This document shows, one piece after another, positions 46,869 through 56,157 of a stretch of DNA of 64,000 nucleotides. The notes under the pieces were generated by a model. That model had not been told where the DNA came from. It was given only the letters and a program-made list of their open reading frames with translations, and made no database searches. Every line of letters starts with the position of its first letter. The stretch's first letter is position 1. Made by a program: the position numbers and the translations under genes. Source of the stretch: an uncultured Gammaproteobacteria bacterium (GTDB lineage: Bacteria > Pseudomonadota > Gammaproteobacteria > Steroidobacterales > Rariloculaceae); NCBI GenBank assembly GCA_964466315.1, contig CAYXNS010000004.1:5767-69766 (forward strand), written 5' to 3'.

Positions 46869-47598
46869 GTTCCTTCGGCCTCTGGCTCATTCATTAACGT
46901 GGCCGCGTAGTGTAGTGCATTCAGGCGCCGTCGAAATCTTAGGCAACTCTTGATCAGCGATTGCGTCCCGGAGCGAATGAATGTACGCACGACCGGATGG
47001 TGCAGGCCGACCAGGATAATGAGCTGGTCATTTTCCTTGGCTCTGCGAATAATGGATTCGAGCGCCATCGTGGCGCTGTCGTCGATATGCTGACGGACGG
47101 CTGTCCGAGCAACGGGTTGAACTGCATGACGATGATGATGCAGCCGACGCCGGAGCTGAATCCCGAAATCACCGGATACGGAATCAGGCTGATGTACTTG
47201 CCGAGACGTAGTGCCCCGAAAGTCATCTGGATCACGCCAACAAGCATGACGACACCGACCGCGGCGGCTGGTTGTTCTGCAAACTGAAGGAACACGCTTG
47301 CCATGACGATAGTGATCGGTCCCGCCAGCCCTGCGATCTGCGTCGGCGTGCCACCGAACAACGCGGCGAATATTCCCGTACAGATAGCGCAGTACAGGCC
47401 GGCCACGGGCCCTGCACCGGAGACCACGCCGAACGCGAGTCCCAGAGGCAGCGCGACGGCTGCGGCGCGCAGGCCGCCACGAAGGTCATCGCGCCAGTGG
47501 CACGTGTCGAGTGGATTCAGAACGGGTAGCTGGACGAGCGCTTTCACAACCGTGGCAATCGTGTGCTGGTCGGTTCCGGGCAGTCGAAGATCATCCAT
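46865..47598 (-). pseudogene. SulP-family anion transporter with large internal deletion (N-terminal ~170 aa joined out of frame to the last ~70 aa of the STAS domain)
   Basis: Frame 1: ...LRAAAVALPLGLAFGVVSGAGPVAGLY...GFSSGVGCIIIVMQFNPLLGQPSV. Around 47090 the sense shifts to another frame: HIDDSATMALESIIRRAKENDQLIILVGLHHPVVRTFIRSG... Track ORFs 46954-47598 and 46865-47068. Confidence 0.8.
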
Positions 47599-48352
47599 TC
47601 GCTTGGTCTGCCACGGCTTTCACGGCGGCCGCGATGGCTTCGCTATCGCCGAGATACTCAGCATGAAGTGGCCGAAGATCGGCATCGAGTTCATAGGCTC
47701 GCGGTGAGCCGGTAGGAATGTTGAGTTCGACGATGTCCGCTTCCGAGATGCCCTCCAGCATCTTGACGAGCGCTCTGAGGCTGTTGCCGTGAGCGGCGAC
47801 GAGGACGTTCCGGCCAGCGAGCAACTCGGGCGCGATGGTACTATTCCAGTAGGGCGCGACCCGATCGAGCGTCGATTTCAGGGATTCGGTCGTGGGAAGG
47901 TCTGCTGGTGCAAGTCCCGCATACCGTGGATCGAGCCTCGGGTGGCGGGGGTCGTCATCGCCCAGGGGCGGCGGCGTGATGTCGTAGCTCCGGCGCCAGA
48001 TCTTGACCTGATCCGCGCCGTACTTCCGGGTCGTCGCAGCTTTGTCGAGACCTTGTAGCTCGCCGTAATGACGTTCGTTGAGGCACCAGTCTCGAACAAC
48101 TGGGATCCACATGAGGTCCATCTCGTCGAGAATCAGCCACAGCGTACGGATCGCGCGAGTCAACACCGAGGTGAAAGCGATATCGAAGGAGAAGCCGTCA
48201 GCCTTCAACGTCTGGCCGGCCAGGCGCGCCTCGGTAATGCCTTGCTCCGTGAGATCGACATCCGTCCATCCAGTAAAGAGATTTTTTAGATTCCAGTCAC
48301 TCTGGCCGTGCCGAACGAGAACGAGCTTCCCTGCTTTGGTGCTGTCAGTCAT
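47591..48352 (-). CDS. gpmA: 2,3-bisphosphoglycerate-dependent phosphoglycerate mutase
   Basis: [33 protein letters not shown] 48352 gives 253 aa; the track ORF is over-extended to 48592. Confidence 0.93.
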   Translation of the reverse strand: MTDSTKAGKLVLVRHGQSDWNLKNLFTGWTDVDLTEQGITEARLAGQTLKADGFSFDIAFTSVLTRAIRTLWLILDEMDLMWIPVVRDWCLNERHYGELQGLDKAATTRKYGADQVKIWRRSYDITPPPLGDDDPRHPRLDPRYAGLAPADLPTTESLKSTLDRVAPYWNSTIAPELLAGRNVLVAAHGNSLRALVKMLEGISEADIVELNIPTGSPRAYELDADLRPLHAEYLGDSEAIAAAVKAVADQANG

Positions 48353-48399
48353 GGTGCTGGGTATTGTTCGTAGTTCTTTCCGACAGATCAACTCTAGAT

Positions 48400-48915
48400 T
48401 TAGCGCAGCTTTTCGATCTCGCGGATCGCGACGAGGATGATACCGCGTTCGAAGAGTGCCTCGAACAGATTGCCGAGAATCATCGCGTCGGCAATATCCA
48501 TAACGGCAAACTCGTCGAAGCAGATGATGCGAGCCTGCTTGGCGAGTCGGTCCGCGGTCAGTTACAGGGGGTTCTCCTGATGCCGCAATCATTTGAGAGT
48601 GGCGTGGACGGAACTCATGAAACGATGGAAGTGCTGACGCCGCTTGTCTTCGAAGGGTAAGCTGGAGAAGAAGATGTCCATGAGCACTGTCTTTCCCCGG
48701 CCCACACCGCCCTAGAGATAGACTCCCTTCGGCGGTGGCTGTGAGTTTCTCGTGAAACGATAGAGGCGCCGTCGCCAGCCGCGTGGCGGAGGCCCTGCGG
48801 CCATGAGAGTGTCGTAACAGGATTCGAGAGCCTGAACGGCGTGTGCCTGGGCGTCATCAGGAGACATCTCGCCATTCTCTAAACGACGCTGATAGATCTC
48901 CGCTGGCGTAGTCAC
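48400..48915 (-). pseudogene. zapE: ZapE/AFG1-like ATPase, N-terminal ~170 codons with three in-frame stop codons
   Basis: Single-frame translation: [30 protein letters not shown]...[100 protein letters not shown]|[11 protein letters not shown] replaces the Trp before Walker A. Confidence 0.85.
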
Positions 48916-50852
48916 TCGGTCAGCTCGATGCGGTCTTTGAAGTAAGCTAGTGCCTGCGGATTCACCAACGCCTCGGTATTTCTGACGGGACGACCATGTA
49001 GAATGTCACGAACGGCGATCTCGACGATCTTGCCGTTGATCGTGCGGGGGATCTCCGGCACGTCGAGAATTTTCGCCGGGACGTGTCGCGGGCTCGCGTT
49101 GGCGCGTATCGCAATGCGAAGCCGCTGGGCGAGAGCTGCGTCGAGAGAATGACCGGCCTGTAAACAGAGGAACAATACGATTCTTACATCGTCCTCCCAA
49201 TCCTGGGCAACGACGATGCTCTCGGCGACCTCGTCGAATTGTTCGACGACTCTATAGATCTCCGCGGTGCCGATACGTACGCCGCCCGGGTTCAGAATGG
49301 CGTCCGATCGACCGTATATGATGATGCCGTCGTTCTCGGTGAGCTCGGCATAATCGCCCTGGCACCAGACGTCCGGATATCGCTCAAAGTAAGCGGCGCT
49401 ATACTTCTCATCGTCGGGATCGTTCCAGAACCCGATCGGCATCGACGGAAACGCAGCCGTGCAGACGAGTTCGCCTTTCTGTTGCCGGATAGAACTTCCA
49501 TCATCGTCGAAGATCTCCACCTTCATTCCGAGTGCGCGACACTGAAGCTCACCGCGGTACACGGGTAGTATCGGGTTGCCGGCGCCGAAGCAGGCGACGA
49601 TGTCGGTTCCGCCGGCTATTGACGAGAGCTGCAGATCGTCCTTGATGTGCTGATACACGAAATCAAAGCTTGCTGGAGCCAGCGGCGAGCCCGTCGACAA
49701 AATACTCTGAAGCGTATTCAGATTAACGTGATCGTTCGGCCGGTAGCCTGCTTTCTCTAGCGCACTTAAGTATTTTGCACTCGTGCCGAACACCTTGATC
49801 CTCTCGCGTTCGGCAATCTGCCATAGAAGATTCGCATCCGGATAAAACGGTGAGCCGTCGAACAGTACGAGAGTCGCACCGCTCGCGAGTCCGGACACGA
49901 GCCAGTTCCACATCATCCAGCCGCACGTCGTGAAGTAGAACAGCACATCGCCGGCGTGGACGTCGGTGTGGAGTATGTGCTCCTTCTGGTGTTGAATCAG
50001 CGATGCGCCGGCGCCGTGGACGATACACTTCGGCACACCTGTCGTACCCGACGAGTACAAGATGTAGAGCGGGTGTGAGAAGGGCAGAGGTTCGAAGACG
50101 AGTTCGGCTTCGGCCGCGGCGAATCCGCTGAATAGAGCGGCATCGGGGAGGTCGCTCAGATCTGGTTCTTCGCTCAAATAGGCGACCATGACGAGTGCCT
50201 CGAGAGTGTCCAGTTTCTCGACGATGGTGCGTGCTGCCACGCGGCAATCTATGCGCTTGCCGTTGTAGAAATATCCATCTGCCGCGAATAAAACCTTCGG
50301 TTCGATCTGGTTAAATCTGGCGAGTACGCTATCGATGCCGAAGTCGGGTGAGCATGACGACCAGATCGCGCCGATGCTAGCGGTCGCGAGCATCGCGACA
50401 ATCGCTTCGGGGCAGTTGGGTAACAGGGCCGCTACCCGGTCTTCGCGGTCGACGCCGGCGAACCGCAGGGCCTCGGCGACGCTTGCGACTTGTCGCCTGA
50501 GTTCATCCCAGGTCATCTCGAGGCGCCGGCCCGTTTCCGAGTAAGCAATCAGAGCCACGCCGTCGTACTCGGGCCGAAGAAGATTATCGGCGAAATTCAG
50601 CGTGGCGCCTTCAAACCAGCGGGCGCCCGGTATGCGGTGGCGGTCGTCCAACACATTCGAGAAATCTGACATGGAGCGAATTCCGAAGAAATCCCAGGCT
50701 GCCGCCCAGAACTCTTCAGGCTCGTCGATGCTCCACTCGTAAAGCCCAGGATAGTCTTCGCTTTGTAGTTTCTTACGATTTCTCAGCAGAAACCGCTGCA
50801 TATTGCTTGCTTCGATTCGCTGCGGCGAGGGTCGCCATATCGACTCGATCAT
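48912..50852 (-). CDS. Acetoacetate--CoA ligase (acetoacetyl-CoA synthetase)
   Basis: [22 protein letters not shown]..., AMP-binding [18 protein letters not shown]-terminal [10 protein letters not shown]. Confidence 0.9.
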   Translation of the reverse strand: MIESIWRPSPQRIEASNMQRFLLRNRKKLQSEDYPGLYEWSIDEPEEFWAAAWDFFGIRSMSDFSNVLDDRHRIPGARWFEGATLNFADNLLRPEYDGVALIAYSETGRRLEMTWDELRRQVASVAEALRFAGVDREDRVAALLPNCPEAIVAMLATASIGAIWSSCSPDFGIDSVLARFNQIEPKVLFAADGYFYNGKRIDCRVAARTIVEKLDTLEALVMVAYLSEEPDLSDLPDAALFSGFAAAEAELVFEPLPFSHPLYILYSSGTTGVPKCIVHGAGASLIQHQKEHILHTDVHAGDVLFYFTTCGWMMWNWLVSGLASGATLVLFDGSPFYPDANLLWQIAERERIKVFGTSAKYLSALEKAGYRPNDHVNLNTLQSILSTGSPLAPASFDFVYQHIKDDLQLSSIAGGTDIVACFGAGNPILPVYRGELQCRALGMKVEIFDDDGSSIRQQKGELVCTAAFPSMPIGFWNDPDDEKYSAAYFERYPDVWCQGDYAELTENDGIIIYGRSDAILNPGGVRIGTAEIYRVVEQFDEVAESIVVAQDWEDDVRIVLFLCLQAGHSLDAALAQRLRIAIRANASPRHVPAKILDVPEIPRTINGKIVEIAVRDILHGRPVRNTEALVNPQALAYFKDRIELTE

Positions 50853-50968
50853 CCTGGCGCCTCCGCGCACTCGTCACTAAGGCTTGGGCCACGATGTTAC
50901 AATGCTACCTCTTCCTACTACAGTCTCCCGCATCAGTGTGGACCTTCCGACGCCATTGGACGGAGCGC

Positions 50969-52612
50969 GTGGATAGAGAAGTCACGGAATTCGATGTCGT
51001 CATCGTTGGTGCGGGCCCGGCCGGCCTTGCTGCGGCGTGTCGTCTTGGTCAACTCGCCGTGGCAAACGGCGTCGAGCCGAGTGTATGTGTTGTCGAGAAG
51101 GGCTCTGAAGTCGGCGCGCATATATTGTCCGGTGCAGTCATGGAGTCGCGGGCACTCGACGAACTCTTTCCCGATTGGTGCAATCAGGGCGCGCCCGTCG
51201 ACGTGCCTGTTGGCTCGGACACTCTGTACTGGCTACGGAACGAGAAGTCCGGTGTCCGAATGCCGGGGCTATTCGTTCCCGCACCGATGCACAATAAGGG
51301 CAACTATATCGTGAGCGCGGGCCGCATCTGCCAATGGCTGGCCGAGCAGGCCGAAACCCTCGGCTGCGATATCTTCCCAGGATTCCCGGCAACCGAGATT
51401 CTCTACGATGATGACGATCGCGTCAGCGGTGTCGCGACGGGTGACATGGGCCTCGGGGCCGACGGTTCCGAGAAACAGGGATTCGAGCGCGGCATAGAGC
51501 TTCGCGCCCGACATCTCATCTTCGCCGAGGGTTGCCGGGGCAGTCTCGGCAAGGAGCTGGAGCAGCAATTCGGATTGCGTGCTCACTCCGACCCGCAGCA
51601 TTACGGGATCGGGCTCAAGGAGATCTGGAAGATCGACGCTGCGAAACACGATGCGGGCACGGTCGTGCACACGGTGGGATGGCCGCTGGACAATCACACC
51701 GAAGGCGGCGGATTCCTCTACCACGCTGGCGAGGGACAGGCCTATGTGGGCTTCGTCATCGCCCTCAACTACGCGAATCCGCATGTGAATCCGTTCGAAG
51801 AGTTTCAGCGTTGGAAACGGCACCCGCGAATACGTCGGTTTCTCGAGGGCGGATCGCGTGTCTCCTACGGTGCGAGGGCGGTCAACAAGGGAGGGTTACA
51901 GTCTCTGCCCGCACTCGGTTTTCCCGGTGGCGTCATGGTCGGTTGTGAGGCCGGCTTCCTCAATGGCCTCAAGATCAAAGGCATCCATACGGCGATGAAG
52001 ACCGGCATGCTTGCCGCGGAGGCTATCGTCGCAAGCGAACGTGGGACTACCGAGGTAGGCGAACTCTACTCGCAGGCCGTCCGCGACTCCTGGGTAATGG
52101 GAGAGCTTCATCGAGCAAGAAACTTCAGCCCGGGCCTGGCGAAGTTCGGCACGCTCATCGGTGCGGGCCTGGCGTTCGTCGAGCACCGGCTGTTATTCGG
52201 CCGCGTGCCCTATACGCTGCTAAATCGGCGTGCGGATTACGACAGCCTCAAGTTGGCCGACGACGCAGCCGAGATCGCGTATCCGAAGGCCGATGGTGAG
52301 ATCTCATTCGATCTGGCTTCGTCCGTGTATCTCTCCAATACGAACCACGCCGACGATCAGCCCTGCCATCTGCAGCTCAAGGATTCGCATGTGCCCGTGG
52401 CCGTCAATCTGCCACGGTTTGCCGAGCCGGCACAACGCTACTGTCCGGCGGGCGTATACGAGATCGTGTCCGACTCCGAAGCTGGACCGCGCTTACAGAT
52501 CAATGCGCAGAACTGCCTCCACTGCAAAACCTGCGAGATCAAAGACCCCGCACAGAACATCCGCTGGGTTCCCCCGGAAGGCGGCGGTGGCCCGAACTAC
52601 TCGGGCATGTAG
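50969..52612 (+). CDS. Electron transfer flavoprotein-ubiquinone oxidoreductase
   Basis: FDVVIVGAGPAGLAAACRL, C-terminal 4Fe-4S CPAGVYE...NCLHCKTCEIKDP. The start is uncertain: GTG 50969 gives a typical length, ATG 50894 is an alternative, and the track start is 50807. Confidence 0.9.
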   Translation: MDREVTEFDVVIVGAGPAGLAAACRLGQLAVANGVEPSVCVVEKGSEVGAHILSGAVMESRALDELFPDWCNQGAPVDVPVGSDTLYWLRNEKSGVRMPGLFVPAPMHNKGNYIVSAGRICQWLAEQAETLGCDIFPGFPATEILYDDDDRVSGVATGDMGLGADGSEKQGFERGIELRARHLIFAEGCRGSLGKELEQQFGLRAHSDPQHYGIGLKEIWKIDAAKHDAGTVVHTVGWPLDNHTEGGGFLYHAGEGQAYVGFVIALNYANPHVNPFEEFQRWKRHPRIRRFLEGGSRVSYGARAVNKGGLQSLPALGFPGGVMVGCEAGFLNGLKIKGIHTAMKTGMLAAEAIVASERGTTEVGELYSQAVRDSWVMGELHRARNFSPGLAKFGTLIGAGLAFVEHRLLFGRVPYTLLNRRADYDSLKLADDAAEIAYPKADGEISFDLASSVYLSNTNHADDQPCHLQLKDSHVPVAVNLPRFAEPAQRYCPAGVYEIVSDSEAGPRLQINAQNCLHCKTCEIKDPAQNIRWVPPEGGGGPNYSGM

Positions 52613-52685
52613 CGCAGGTTGTCTCCGAGACGGGGAGTCTGCTACCGTCCTCGGCATCGGTAGAATTCGCCAGCGATAAAGGGAC

Positions 52686-53027
52686 ATGCCATTGCGGACT
52701 AACAGGTTACGGCGGGCTGTGTTCTGGAGCCTGCTCGGGGTTCTCGCGACTCTGGCTCTCCCACTAATCGGGTTCACACAAGACTCACCGCGGCAGCTTC
52801 TGGACGAAACCGTCAAAGAGCAAGCCAGAATCGACGCCGAATCCGCCAGCTCACAGCTCCGGATCAGCCAACTCGCCGACAAGACGGCCGACCTGCTCGG
52901 GCAGTATGATGCCGCTCTCGAGATTTTCGAGGAAGCGAGCGGGCTCGACAGTGTTGCCGGACGTAACGCTGCGGCCTGGATCGATTACGTCAGGGACCGC
53001 CGCCAGTTTGCCGTCAATCAGCGCTGA
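52686..53027 (+). CDS. Small secreted coiled-coil protein; possibly an N-terminal fragment of a DUF3450-type TonB-system accessory protein
   Basis: Signal-like AVFWSLLGVLATLALPLIG. ...SSQLRISQLADKTADLLGQYDAAL resembles the start of DUF3450 proteins (from memory). At 113 aa it is much shorter than that family, and its 3' end overlaps plsC by 14 nt. Confidence 0.4.
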   Translation: MPLRTNRLRRAVFWSLLGVLATLALPLIGFTQDSPRQLLDETVKEQARIDAESASSQLRISQLADKTADLLGQYDAALEIFEEASGLDSVAGRNAAAWIDYVRDRRQFAVNQR

Positions 53028-53769
53028 GTCCGTCTGCTGTCCTGGCGAGATCGGGTTCATCCAAGTGTTCGAGAATCGCTTCTCGGGAAGCTGTCGATAA
53101 ACTTCCCGCCGAGCCGTGATGCTCGGGGTCGATCGGCTCGCCGACAACGATCGAGAGTGGGCCCGGCGCTGGTAGCCAGACTCGTGCAGGAAGTTTGGCG
53201 CGTGCGCCGAAGATCACTACGGGCACTATAGGCACGCCCGCCCGCCATGCTGCGCCGAACGCGCCGGGTTGGAAATGCCCGAGTCCGGGCGTCGCGATAA
53301 AGGTACCCTCCGGGAAAAAAGCGAGCGCGTCCCCTGAGCCGGCAGCTTTGAACAGCCGCCGCGTCACCTGGGTTTTCTGCCGCCCATCTTCACGATTCAC
53401 GAACTCGGATCCGATACGCCGAAGCAAGAATCCCGCGAATGGAAAGCTGGCCATCTCATACTTGATAACGAACGTGAAACGTGGGGGAAGTGCGGCTGTG
53501 AGGATCATCCCGTCGAGATAACTCGAGTGGTTGGCGACAACCACGCAAGGGATATCCGGCAGCGTGGTTGTCCCGCGTACGCGGATTGGGCTGCCGATCG
53601 AGACGAAGAAGGCTCGAGCGAACCAACGGGTTACGTGGCGACGCCTCGTACGCCCCGGCGTTATCACCAAGAACACGAGTGCCGGAATCACGGCGACTAT
53701 CAGAGCGCCCCACGCGTAGACACCGTACGCGATATTTCTCAGCGAACGTCCTTTTGCGGTGTCAATCAC
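53014..53769 (-). CDS. plsC: 1-acyl-sn-glycerol-3-phosphate acyltransferase family protein
   Basis: HX4D block VVANHSSYLDG, FFPEGTF, N-terminal TM helix. Confidence 0.85.
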   Translation of the reverse strand: MIDTAKGRSLRNIAYGVYAWGALIVAVIPALVFLVITPGRTRRRHVTRWFARAFFVSIGSPIRVRGTTTLPDIPCVVVANHSSYLDGMILTAALPPRFTFVIKYEMASFPFAGFLLRRIGSEFVNREDGRQKTQVTRRLFKAAGSGDALAFFPEGTFIATPGLGHFQPGAFGAAWRAGVPIVPVVIFGARAKLPARVWLPAPGPLSIVVGEPIDPEHHGSAGSLSTASREAILEHLDEPDLARTADGLSAD

Positions 53770-54086
53770 AGTTATGTCAAAAGTTTGCGATTAAGAACGC
53801 GAACTCGTTTGTCCAGATGGCGTCTTTTTTGTGACAAGTGTCGCTTTATGTTAATGGTTTCACGGATTTGTGATGCTGGTCACGCTGCCTGCCGTGGCCC
53901 TAACGCATACTCGCCTGGCAGTGGCAAGCAGACGAAGGAAGCCGAAGCCCGGCGCGGTAATGCGCTGAATTATATAGTTTTCTCTGGTGTCTTGGTACGC
54001 ACAGGGAAGTGCAGGCAGCCGCCCACGTTCCAACAATGGACCCGGGTGGTTGCTACCAAGCCACCGGAGCACGAGAACGACATAGA

Positions 54087-55034
54087 ATGGCCCATAATTT
54101 TTTACATTCCGATTCATCCTTAAACGCCGGTAACGACGGCCCAAGGGATTCGAAAGTCACCGTGGATCGCTTTCTAGATGCCATCTGGATGGAACGAGGT
54201 CTCTCTGAGAATACCTTGGACGCTTACCGTGCCGATCTGCTCGCACTCGACCAGCGTCTAAAGAGCCGTGATGTCCAACTCGTACATGCCTCGAAGGCCG
54301 ATCTTCTCGATTACATATCCTGGCGCGTGGAAGGCGGGGCCAAGCCTCGCTCGACGGCGCGACAGTTGTCCAGCTTCAGGCGTTTTTTCCGCTACCTCCT
54401 TAGAGAAGGCGTCATCGCCGAGGATCCCACTGCAGAGATCACGATGCCGAAGATCGGTCGCGCGCTGCCGCAATCGCTGACCGAGGACGAAGTCGATTCG
54501 CTGCTGGCCGCGCCCAACGTATCCGAGCCACTAGGCAATCGCGACCGGGCAATGCTTGAACTCCTCTACGCGACGGGCGTACGCGTTTCGGAACTCATCA
54601 ATCTGAAGATGAGCCAGATGAGTCTGAACCAGGGCGTCATCCGGATTGTCGGCAAAGGCGATCGCGAACGCTTGATTCCCCTTGGCGACGAGGCCCAGGA
54701 TTGGCTTCGAGATTTCATCGACGGTGCGCGCATCGAGATTCTTCTCGAGCGCCAGACGGACTACCTGTTCCCGACACGACGCGGCGACCGAATGACGCGC
54801 CAGGCTTTCTGGCACATCATCAAGCGCTACGCGAAAAAGGCCGGGGTCAAGAAAAAGCTCTCGCCGCATACCGTGCGCCACGCGTTTGCAACGCACCTCC
54901 TGAACAACGGTGCCGATCTTCGTGTGGTTCAACTGCTGCTCGGCCACAGCGACGTCTCGACGACTCAGATCTATACTCACGTTGCCCGGGAGCGCATGAA
55001 AGAAGTCCATTCCAGGCATCATCCGCGCGGCTGA
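54087..55034 (+). CDS. xerD: Site-specific tyrosine recombinase XerD
   Basis: VDRFLDAIWMERGLSENTLDAYRADL, LLYATGVRVSEL, HTVRHAFATHLL...LLGHSDVSTTQIYTHV. Followed by dsbC as in enterobacterial synteny. Confidence 0.92.
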   Translation: MAHNFLHSDSSLNAGNDGPRDSKVTVDRFLDAIWMERGLSENTLDAYRADLLALDQRLKSRDVQLVHASKADLLDYISWRVEGGAKPRSTARQLSSFRRFFRYLLREGVIAEDPTAEITMPKIGRALPQSLTEDEVDSLLAAPNVSEPLGNRDRAMLELLYATGVRVSELINLKMSQMSLNQGVIRIVGKGDRERLIPLGDEAQDWLRDFIDGARIEILLERQTDYLFPTRRGDRMTRQAFWHIIKRYAKKAGVKKKLSPHTVRHAFATHLLNNGADLRVVQLLLGHSDVSTTQIYTHVARERMKEVHSRHHPRG

Positions 55035-55148
55035 TCGCCTCCGCCGCCCCCGGCAATTCTGCTAGAATTGCCTATTAGCCGCTGAACTGCGCTAGCTGCA
55101 AGGGGTCTCAATGCATAGAGCCGAACTATTTCCTACGCGGAGCGCATC

Positions 55149-55877
55149 ATGAAAGCCGGATGGTCGATATTGCCGTTTAGTCTGATCCTCACCGTTTCGA
55201 TGGCGCAGGACGATGTCGAGCTCAGCAAGGAGCAGCTTGCCGAGACACTGGTCGGAGTTGACGTCTCAGAGATCACGGAGTCACCGGTATCGGGAATCTA
55301 CGAAGTAGCGGTCGGCTCTAATGTCGCCTACCTATCCTCCAACGGGCGTTATCTGCTACAGGGCGATCTCTACGATCTGACCACCAACGAGAATATGACC
55401 GAGACGCGGCGTGCGCGGGAACGCGTGAGCATGTTGGCGGGCGTGGATTCGGCAGAGATGATCGTATTCAGCCCTGCACCCGAGGACATCGAGCACACGA
55501 TCACGATTTTCACAGATATTGACTGCGGCTACTGCCGGCAGTTTCACAGCGAGATTAAGAAAGTGAACGAGATGGGAATCGCAGTTCACTATCTGTTTTA
55601 TCCCAGGACGGGTCCGGACACGGAGTCCTGGTTCAAGGCGGATCGAGTCTGGTGCTCGGGTGAGGCTGAGCGAAACGAGTATCTGACGACGGCCAAGCTC
55701 GGCGGCGAGATCCCCGAAGAGACCTGCGATACATCGCCCGTAAATAATCACTTCGAGCTCGGGAATCTAGTGGGCGTGCGCGGCACACCGACCGTATTCT
55801 CGGAGTCGGGAGCGCAACTCGGCGGTTATCTACCACCCGACGATCTGCTCGCGCGCCTCGAACAGCTAGCGCAGTAG
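55149..55877 (+). CDS. dsbC: Thiol:disulfide interchange protein DsbC
   Basis: Signal peptide, dimerisation domain (SPVSGIYEV), thioredoxin fold with FTDIDCGYCRQFH. Confidence 0.9.
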   Translation: MKAGWSILPFSLILTVSMAQDDVELSKEQLAETLVGVDVSEITESPVSGIYEVAVGSNVAYLSSNGRYLLQGDLYDLTTNENMTETRRARERVSMLAGVDSAEMIVFSPAPEDIEHTITIFTDIDCGYCRQFHSEIKKVNEMGIAVHYLFYPRTGPDTESWFKADRVWCSGEAERNEYLTTAKLGGEIPEETCDTSPVNNHFELGNLVGVRGTPTVFSESGAQLGGYLPPDDLLARLEQLAQ

Positions 55878-55957
55878 GAGCGGCGCCCTCGTCGCGATCC
55901 GACCTTTGGCCTTGCCGCAAACGACGGCCGTGATGGTCATGTCTCCCCTGCGCCTTA

Positions 55958-56157
55958 CCCCACCATGCTCCTCTCGAGCCCGCTGTCAGAGGTCTTCGGG
56001 TCGACACGAACCATCACACCCGCCAGCTTGATCTCCGCCTCACGCAGCATGTGGATGATCTGCTCCGGCTTGAAGTGTCCTCGCCCCATCGGTCCTTCTC
56101 CTCAATTCCACTGAAATTCTCTCTCAGCGACTGGAGTCGTTCTAGGGGGGCAGGTCA
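55958..56157 (-). mobile_element. IS3-family insertion sequence remnant: terminal inverted repeat plus degenerate 5' part of orfA (may extend to 55878)
   Basis: The minus strand from 56157 reads TGACCTGCCCCCCTAGAACGACTCC..., with GAGGAG then ATG at 56089: MGRGHFKPEQIIHMLREAEIKLAG (IS3/IS407-type OrfA N-terminus). A shifted frame then gives GGCDGSCRPEDL*QRAREEHGG, cf. the ...VCR.LGIS...RWRKEYGG end of the HTH. No orfB is present. Confidence 0.75.
55994..56024 (-). repeat. 31-nt repeat (partner of 27229-27259)
   Basis: The reverse complement reads GGCGGGTGTGATGGTTCGTGTCGACCCGAAG, with one mismatch to the copy at 27229. Confidence 0.9.

Noticed and set aside
53870-53970. Possible SRP (4.5S) RNA in the 317-bp plsC/xerD spacer because of ...CTGGCAGTGGCAAGCAGACGAAGGAAGCCGAAGCCCGG...
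   Set aside because: It resembles the GGAAGGAAGCAGCC core only superficially. I could not build the symmetric/asymmetric-loop helix 8 or a GNRA-closed hairpin, and the flanking 5'/3' pairing is absent. It needs cmscan (RF00169) before any call.
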